Shown piece after piece: positions 57,569 to 64,000 of a DNA stretch of 64,000 nucleotides (the first letter of the stretch is position 1; each line of letters starts with the position of its first letter). The translations under genes were made by a program, and so were the position numbers. Source of the DNA: a virus; the IMG/VR virus record IMGVR_UViG_3300024520_000050, positions 32,001-96,000 of that record. One strand, given 5' to 3'. Below the pieces are notes generated by a model. That model saw only the letters and a list, made by a program, of their open reading frames with translations. It had not been told where the DNA came from and did not search any database.

Positions 57569-58419
57569 ATCAATTCAGATAATTGCATTGCCCGAATCAT
57601 TCGTGTTATTCCAATTCCTCCCCCACATCTAGGAAAGAAATTATGTTTTAAGAATTCTTCTAATTCAGCTTCAACTCGTTCTTTACCAAATAAATCAAAT
57701 AGACGTTGACAATAAGCACCATCTTCAATACTATAGAATGTATCACGCATCTCTTTTGGATTACAACTTCTTTCAGCTGAACCAATAGTTTCCTGCCCAT
57801 GTAGAATAACATCTACCTTCTCAGATATTGAAGCATCTTCTTCATTGCGTTTCATATTCCAAAAAGGACTTGTATATTCTGGAAAGTCTGTAATGAATAC
57901 AACATCTTTATCTTTGCACATTTCTTCTTCATGACCATGAGTAAGCTCTTCAACTCCATACATATCAGCAAAGAATTTATAAGTTTGTTTATTTTTTGGT
58001 TGTTGTAAAAATCCTAAATAATCAAGTAATTCTTTTTCAAGTTTTACTAGCTCGTCAACTCCACCAGGTAATTCAAATTCAAACATTGGAAAAATCATAC
58101 AATGACGTCCAGCTACGGGATCCGGTTCATTTCTATATGAAGTAGATACACAAAAGTAGCCAGGTACATCAGGTTTAGTTAATAATTCATGTTCTAACCA
58201 CATTTGTCCAGTTTGCGGCAAAGGCCATACTTCTCCCAAATATTCATAGGTTGCAATTGTAGTTGGATCTTCACATGCAGCCATTATACTTAGTCTATTT
58301 TGAGTATGTACTTCTAAGAATCCTTTATCTAAAAAGAATTGTCTCATACTATTAACGCACTCTGTAAATTGCTCTGGATCTATGATTGGACATAGTTCAT
58401 TTCTTTCTTCTTTTAACAT
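57565..58419 (-). CDS. Stand-alone class IIb aaRS catalytic-domain paralog (AsnRS/asparagine synthetase-like)
   Basis: Motif 1 FFLDKGFLEVHT, motif 2 TSYRNE...RH...FPMFEFE, ETIGSAER, motif 3 RCGGGIGITRM. No anticodon-binding OB domain. Confidence 0.85.
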   Translation of the reverse strand: MLKEERNELCPIIDPEQFTECVNSMRQFFLDKGFLEVHTQNRLSIMAACEDPTTIATYEYLGEVWPLPQTGQMWLEHELLTKPDVPGYFCVSTSYRNEPDPVAGRHCMIFPMFEFELPGGVDELVKLEKELLDYLGFLQQPKNKQTYKFFADMYGVEELTHGHEEEMCKDKDVVFITDFPEYTSPFWNMKRNEEDASISEKVDVILHGQETIGSAERSCNPKEMRDTFYSIEDGAYCQRLFDLFGKERVEAELEEFLKHNFFPRCGGGIGITRMIRAMQLSELI

Positions 58420-58499
58420 TATAATTTGTAATTAATATTATACATTATTGATTTTGGATATAGATACGACATTTAATTTAATGTAGTGCATCTATTAAT

Positions 58500-58991
58500 T
58501 TATTCTTCATCATATTCTTCAAATGAATTCCAAGCATGACAATATCCTGACCAGTTATCAACTCCTGAATTCTCCAAACATTCTAACCAATCTAAACGTT
58601 TTTTCATGGAATCATATTCGTCTTTGGGAATAGAAATCATCTCTTTCTTTTGTTCTGGAGCAGGGTTATAATACATCTCTACATCATCCCAACCACATAC
58701 TAAATTATGTCTATCATATCCTTTATAGTATTCTTTAGTTTCTGGATTAGTTATAGTAATATAATTATCTACATTTTGACTATCGTTATCATAATAACCA
58801 TCTGTTTCAAATTCTATAATCCATTCTTCTAATCCTTTCAACATTGATATATCAAACTCCTTAAAGTCTTCATCTTCTGGATCCCATGCGTTATAATCCT
58901 CAAATAATTCTTTAATAATTATAGGTTCGCATTGGGCTAAATAATTAGATATGGTATACTGATCTAATATAAATTTATCTTTTAATTTCAT
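58500..58991 (-). CDS. Acidic protein with a T7 gp1.7-like C-terminal domain
   Basis: ISIPKDEYDSM...WLECLENSGVDNWSGY resembles the gp1.7 nucleotide-kinase C-terminal signature (L.CLE..GVDNW.GY). Confidence 0.55.
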   Translation of the reverse strand: MKLKDKFILDQYTISNYLAQCEPIIIKELFEDYNAWDPEDEDFKEFDISMLKGLEEWIIEFETDGYYDNDSQNVDNYITITNPETKEYYKGYDRHNLVCGWDDVEMYYNPAPEQKKEMISIPKDEYDSMKKRLDWLECLENSGVDNWSGYCHAWNSFEEYDEE

Positions 58992-59296
58992 TCTTCCTCG
59001 TTTTCTGCTCTTATCTGCTCATTCCATTCATAACGATCAACTGGATTAACCCCACTTTCTAGATTAAGATCTTCAATAATTTTAATTGCTGCTAGATCAT
59101 CTGATACTTCCCAAAGTACTGTATCGTCCATAATGACACTAACATCACTATGCTTTCCTAGTACTTCACCAAAATGAATTTCAATCCCATTTTTTAATAA
59201 GTATTCAACTTCACTTTTATATGCAGTGAACAATCCTTCTAGATCACCACTACGGTAAGTTTCATAATGAAACTTATAAACTGCTCTCGTATTCAT
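58988..59296 (-). CDS. Conserved phage hypothetical protein
   Basis: YKF......GDLEGLF.A...FGEVLGKHS pattern seen in diverse lytic phages. Confidence 0.7.
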   Translation of the reverse strand: MNTRAVYKFHYETYRSGDLEGLFTAYKSEVEYLLKNGIEIHFGEVLGKHSDVSVIMDDTVLWEVSDDLAAIKIIEDLNLESGVNPVDRYEWNEQIRAENEEE

Positions 59297-59924
59297 TAAT
59301 TATTCTTTTCATTTCCCAAATCTTCGTTTTGATACTTTCTACGTTTTCAATTGTATTTATTACTTTGTCATTGAATAGTTCTGCTTCTGTAGATGGCAAG
59401 GGGTCTGGTTCTTTTACAAAGTCTATTCCACCATAAAAATGAACTCCTGAAACAGCAGTGTAATAATTATCACCTTCTCCTGTCCCCATATAATCACCAT
59501 CTTCATTATAAAGACTGCACTTAAAGTCTGTCATAGCTCCTTTACCTCCATCATATGTACCATCATCTGTATGAGTCTCTAATGACCATCCTGTTAGATA
59601 ATCTTGTCCACGACCACGATCAACAGCTTCTAATTCACTTATCGATAAACTTATTCCATAAGGCCAATCATATGGTTCAAAATCCATACCTTCTAAGAAA
59701 GTATATTTACCTTTACTCATTTCTTCTGTTACTGGTAACTTATCTTCACTTTGCAAGTAGGGTGTATCATTTCCATCATCGTAATGTAATATAATATGCC
59801 CACGACTATCATGATCGAGCCACACAAGATACTCACCTGCTTTAGTTGTTGATTCTTCTCCTTCCCAAGATGCCCGTTGACATTCCTGTAATTCTTCTTT
59901 TGTTAAATGTATTGCCATTTGCAT
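59274..59924 (-). CDS. Acidic hypothetical protein (216 aa)
   Basis: ORF coupled to the downstream genes, D/E/G/Y-rich. Confidence 0.75.
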   Translation of the reverse strand: MQMAIHLTKEELQECQRASWEGEESTTKAGEYLVWLDHDSRGHIILHYDDGNDTPYLQSEDKLPVTEEMSKGKYTFLEGMDFEPYDWPYGISLSISELEAVDRGRGQDYLTGWSLETHTDDGTYDGGKGAMTDFKCSLYNEDGDYMGTGEGDNYYTAVSGVHFYGGIDFVKEPDPLPSTEAELFNDKVINTIENVESIKTKIWEMKRIINEYESSL

Positions 59925-59960
59925 ATACTTTTTGTATTCATTATATTAGTTAAATTAAAA

Positions 59961-59990
59961 AAGGTCCCACAAAATTAATTGTGAGACCTT
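59961..59990 (-). terminator. Intrinsic terminator downstream of the RNAP gene
   Basis: Minus strand AAGGTCTCACAA-TTAATT-TTGTGGGACCTT followed by TTTT. Confidence 0.8.
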
Positions 59991-60019
59991 ACTATTTTTA
60001 AACCACTTAAAAATATATA

Positions 60020-63000
60020 TTATAAATTACACGGATCTTTCTTAGCTTTTTCTTCTCTAGCTATCCGTATATCATTTGCGTTTGTAGTCATTTTCGACTT
60101 AGTACTTATTAAACTGTGTTGTTCAGTTACTGGTTTAATAGAAGATGATAAACCTGTTGATAACATTATTGTTTCATTAAAAGATTTCGCTTTTTTCAAC
60201 TTGGCTTCTATCTCTTTAGCTTTAGCATTAGAAAGTACCATCTTACTCTGTTGTTTATGTTCCATTATATTCTCTGGTTTTTCAGGAGTAAATAATGGCA
60301 GATTTTTTGGAATAAATTTACCATAACCTTCATTAATTAATGATTCTATCAGATTCCAATCTAACATTTGAGATAGATCTTGTGATTGAGTATCTAATTT
60401 GAAATATTCAGCATTACCTGTTCCCGAATGAGTATCTCTTTCAGCTCTAACTTTTTCAAGTTGTTTCTTAAGTTTAATATTCTTAGGAAGATTATCTCTA
60501 ATCTTAAGTAAATTCACAAGAACAAAATCAGGTGATGATTTTTGTACTTTATTTGTTCCAGTTGCAGAATTTCTAGCAAACGCCCACAAACTTCTAGCAT
60601 TTTTACCATGAAGTTTTAAAGCATCTATGATAGCATGTTTAATATTACTACCATTTATTTGCTTTAAATTAGATAAATCAGAAGTATTCAATGTAAGCAC
60701 TTGGGTTCCTGTAGTTGATTTATTCTTATCGGCAACTGTAATAAATACATCACTACCAATAGCTTCATTTAACACAGTTACTAATTCTTTAAATACTTTA
60801 GTATTTCCTTTAGGACCAAATAAATAACCGTCTTTACTCATATTAGTAAATCTAACATCAAATAATGACTGATCACCTCTTAATTTTCTTTCCATTACTG
60901 ATATTTTACCATACTTTTCTGTATTGAAATTAAAATGTAATCCTTCAGGTCTATTGATCATAATATAATCATTAACCTTTTTAGGGCTTACAAATCCATG
61001 GAAGTTATTACTGACAGTTAAGTCTTTTTCTAAAGCTTTTAATTTATCTTCAGTAATAGTACCTTCATCAATAACAATATTATCCTTTTCTGTAATTACT
61101 AAATCTAATTCTTTCATTTGTAAAGCTATTTCACCAGCATTATCACCATACTTTCTATGTAGTTCATTTTTCATAAAGTTCTTGTAATGATTAGATTTAT
61201 TTTGATTTAAACTTAAATCATAACCCATAAAGAATCTACCATGTCCAACAAACTCACCTACTGCAGGATACATTTTAAGATACACAGCTCTTCCTCCTCT
61301 GCTACCATCATACGGTTTATTAGAAAAACGCATGATTTCATTTCCTTTTCCATCAATTGCTGGAATACCAACAATCCCTACTTTATACATAGTTTGTGTT
61401 TTACTATCAAACTTGTTCTGAAGTAAGAAAGGAAATTTAGCTTTTGGTGAACTAGCAAGTACACTATATCCATAAGTATCATTACCAACTGTTTTAACAT
61501 TTGGTACATATTGTGTATTACGTGATAAGAATTGATACTCAAATTGATTTAATAATTTAACTTGATCATCTTTAGATAATACATCAAAGTCTTCAAATGC
61601 TCTCTTAAGTATAACGCCCATGTCTTCATTAGGTATTAAATTACTAAAGGTAATAGGTGAATTATGATGTATACCTGATTGATTAATAGCAAGTTTAATT
61701 AAATCATTGTATAAATTAGTACCATTCTTCTCGTCAAACTCTTTGATTATGATAAACTCATTTCTCAATTTATTTGCTGTAGTAACATCTATTTTACGAC
61801 TTCTACTTTGAAGAGTAGAAAATTGAGCTAATGATTTTAACTCTGTATTTTTAATAAATTCTTTGTATGATTTATGTGCTTTAAGTGAACTAACTCCTAA
61901 TAACTCTTGAATTACTGCATTGTTTTTCAATTCTTTCAATGCAAGTACACTAGAGTTTTTAGCAACTTTACTAAATTTAGTTTTACTACTTAATAATTCA
62001 AACATAATTTCAGCAAGAGGAGCAGGATCACCATCTTTATTAACATAAGTATTATCTTTATGTTGTATAAATAGTTGATTAAATACAACCTCTGGATTGA
62101 ATTCATTAATTATCTTCTTACCGTTCTCATCAATTCCACGAATATCAGCCATAACAATAGCAGTAGATAGATCGTTATCAATAGTACTTCTCAATTTAGA
62201 TTTCTGATCAGAACTTACCGTTCCAGCACCTTCAATCGTATTGAACAGTTTACGTTTAGCATATGCTATCTTTTCGTTTTGTTCAAAGTAGTATAATTCT
62301 TTATACATCATAACAGCTTTCTCTATTATTTTAGTAGGTTCTGATACGATTGATTCATTCTTAATCTTATCTAGATTAGTAAATCTACCTTTGAAGTCAA
62401 CTAATTCAGCTTCTTCTAAGAAAATCTTGTTATCATCATTATTCTTCTGTGATCCTTTTGTATCAGGACTTGTAGTACGAATCATCATTTGGAAATCTTT
62501 AGATTGTCTTTGATATTCTAAAAACATATCTAAGATATCTATCTGTAATCCTTCATATATATTTTGGTTATCATTAAGGAAACTTAAAGTTTTCATAACA
62601 ACTCCTTCACGCTTAGCAGCATCAAATAAAATATATTCACCTAATCTTTCTGTACTAAACATTTTGTTTTCTTCGAAACGTTTAATTACATTCCAACGCG
62701 ATTTAATTAATTTATCAGCATTACGATCTACAGCATCTACAGCGGCTTTAGCATTAGGTAAATCATCTAATTTAAATGTTCTAAATAATTCATCAATTTC
62801 AGTATCTGCTTTTGCATTAATAGTAGAAATTAAAGCTTTGTATTCAATTGGAACACCTTGAGTAAATTGTTCAAAGTCACTCATTGCTCTTTCAACAACA
62901 TGTTTCTTAGAAACTTCACCACCAAATATCTTATTGAACATAGATTCATTAGCTTTCTGATATCTCAAGTACGTTTTAATAATAGGTTGAGAAATAAATC

Positions 63001-64000
63001 TTGTCACCCATTGTACTTCAGCTCCACCACGAAGTAAATAGAATACCATATTGGCAGTTCTGTTCGTAGCATTAATATCAAAAATATAAGGATCTGCTGC
63101 AATATCCACATAAGCATTCAAGAATGCAGACAATGTTTCAGATATCCATTCACCTTCAGAGTCTCTTTTAGCACTAAAATGTGCTTTACCCTTAAGTTTA
63201 GTATGAGGGAATATCCAACGTGGATCGGCAACATTATATTGTAATCCGGCTGCCATCGCTAATTGATGATGTGTAATATGAACTGCTGTTTGACCTACAC
63301 CTGCTTTACCAGATAAGAAGTAAACAAATTTATCAATATTAACCGATGGATCAACAATGTCAGCTAAAGCTTTATTAGCTCTTTCATCATTGTCTTTTTT
63401 ACCCCATTCCTTTATTTTTGTAAAGTAAATAGGAGCCATCGCTAAAGCAAATTTTAAATTACCTTCATCTGTTAAATTAACTTGTTGTAAATCAACAGGT
63501 TTACCACTGTGTGTGACAGTACCATTTGCATCAACTGCAAGATCACTTCCATCAATGAATTTACCATCCTTAGTAATAATACTTTCAATCACTTCATTAC
63601 GACCTTCAATTAATACTTTAGTAAGTTCATTTCGTCTTTCTTCACTTAAGAACATTTGATCAGTACTTCCTTCTGTTCCACCATACAAATTAGTAACACC
63701 ATTCTTGCTGTTCAATCCTCTAATATCAACTGCTTGATTCTTAGTAATAGTATCATCAACAGGTGCCATTAATTGTCTATAATTGTACGGTAATGACATT
63801 ATATCATTATGTAGATTAACCATCTGATTCTGTAGTCCTTCTTTTCCATTCTGTTCGACAATTGGTAATTTAGAAAAATCATCTTCATTTAAAGCTTGAC
63901 TTTTCTCTTGCTTATAAGTTCTAATAGAACCTTTAATTGCATCTCTGTAATCTTCTCTAACTTCATCCTTCTCTTTATTGATAGCTTCAAATGTTTTACC
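60020..64000 (-). CDS. Virion RNA polymerase (phi14:2 gp66-type), C-terminal part; 5' end outside the window
   Basis: The frame is open from 64000 (GKTFEAINKE...FSKLPIVEQN..GLQNQM). GKAGVGQTA and ISETLSAFLNAYVDIAADP...TANM..YLLRGG...RFISQPII match crAss-like RNAP segments downstream of the DFDID motif, which is not in the window. Confidence 0.72.
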   Translation of the reverse strand, partial: GKTFEAINKEKDEVREDYRDAIKGSIRTYKQEKSQALNEDDFSKLPIVEQNGKEGLQNQMVNLHNDIMSLPYNYRQLMAPVDDTITKNQAVDIRGLNSKNGVTNLYGGTEGSTDQMFLSEERRNELTKVLIEGRNEVIESIITKDGKFIDGSDLAVDANGTVTHSGKPVDLQQVNLTDEGNLKFALAMAPIYFTKIKEWGKKDNDERANKALADIVDPSVNIDKFVYFLSGKAGVGQTAVHITHHQLAMAAGLQYNVADPRWIFPHTKLKGKAHFSAKRDSEGEWISETLSAFLNAYVDIAADPYIFDINATNRTANMVFYLLRGGAEVQWVTRFISQPIIKTYLRYQKANESMFNKIFGGEVSKKHVVERAMSDFEQFTQGVPIEYKALISTINAKADTEIDELFRTFKLDDLPNAKAAVDAVDRNADKLIKSRWNVIKRFEENKMFSTERLGEYILFDAAKREGVVMKTLSFLNDNQNIYEGLQIDILDMFLEYQRQSKDFQMMIRTTSPDTKGSQKNNDDNKIFLEEAELVDFKGRFTNLDKIKNESIVSEPTKIIEKAVMMYKELYYFEQNEKIAYAKRKLFNTIEGAGTVSSDQKSKLRSTIDNDLSTAIVMADIRGIDENGKKIINEFNPEVVFNQLFIQHKDNTYVNKDGDPAPLAEIMFELLSSKTKFSKVAKNSSVLALKELKNNAVIQELLGVSSLKAHKSYKEFIKNTELKSLAQFSTLQSRSRKIDVTTANKLRNEFIIIKEFDEKNGTNLYNDLIKLAINQSGIHHNSPITFSNLIPNEDMGVILKRAFEDFDVLSKDDQVKLLNQFEYQFLSRNTQYVPNVKTVGNDTYGYSVLASSPKAKFPFLLQNKFDSKTQTMYKVGIVGIPAIDGKGNEIMRFSNKPYDGSRGGRAVYLKMYPAVGEFVGHGRFFMGYDLSLNQNKSNHYKNFMKNELHRKYGDNAGEIALQMKELDLVITEKDNIVIDEGTITEDKLKALEKDLTVSNNFHGFVSPKKVNDYIMINRPEGLHFNFNTEKYGKISVMERKLRGDQSLFDVRFTNMSKDGYLFGPKGNTKVFKELVTVLNEAIGSDVFITVADKNKSTTGTQVLTLNTSDLSNLKQINGSNIKHAIIDALKLHGKNARSLWAFARNSATGTNKVQKSSPDFVLVNLLKIRDNLPKNIKLKKQLEKVRAERDTHSGTGNAEYFKLDTQSQDLSQMLDWNLIESLINEGYGKFIPKNLPLFTPEKPENIMEHKQQSKMVLSNAKAKEIEAKLKKAKSFNETIMLSTGLSSSIKPVTEQHSLISTKSKMTTNANDIRIAREEKAKKDPCNL

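Noticed and set aside
11506-62861. Other short antisense or alternate-frame ORFs nested inside large genes (e.g. 11506-11832, 12715-13143, 51971-52324, 59555-59794)
   Set aside because: Fully overlapped by well-supported genes, with low-complexity shadow translations.
1-64000. Stop-codon reassignment (TAG or TGA), known in some crAss-like phages
   Set aside because: Genes are intact in the standard code. TGA (8631, 8789) and TAG (4513, 18625, 32770, 33455) act as genuine ends followed by new starts or terminators.
1-64000. tRNA genes, CRISPR arrays, inteins, introns in terL, portal or MCP
   Set aside because: No cloverleaf with a paired T-arm (GTTCGAAT at about 917-924 has no stem), no repeat-spacer array, and the core genes are uninterrupted and of normal size.

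Overview
This window is a 64-kb segment of an AT-rich (roughly 30-33% GC) dsDNA phage with crAss-like (Crassvirales-type) gene content and order, read in the standard genetic code. The host is probably a Bacteroidota member, judging from a TAnnTTTG promoter, a DUF1573-like domain and SD-less A-rich leaders. There are three transcription blocks. (1) 1-3981 is a leftward arm of small unknown genes with shared upstream motifs and hairpins. (2) 4223-57181 is a long rightward block: HU/IHF-like and wHTH proteins, a GroES-like protein, spanin-like genes, an exoribonuclease, endolysin, TerS, TerL, portal, GroEL, scaffold-like protein, major capsid protein (MCP), ring and fibre proteins, holin, PD-(D/E)XK nuclease, muzzle/stabilisation protein and four large cargo proteins. 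(3) 57239-64000 is a leftward block with small acidic genes, a stand-alone class II aaRS-like catalytic domain and the 3' part of a phi14:2-type virion RNA polymerase. The most striking observation is a translationally coupled cassette at 7888-9579. There a Tad1-like anti-Thoeris sponge gene is followed, with a 1-nt overlap, by a 148-aa protein whose C-terminal 56 aa are a diverged but conserved copy of residues 314-372 of this phage's own MCP. It is a candidate 'capsid decoy + signal sponge' counter-defence module. All family assignments come from motif recognition by eye, not from database searches.
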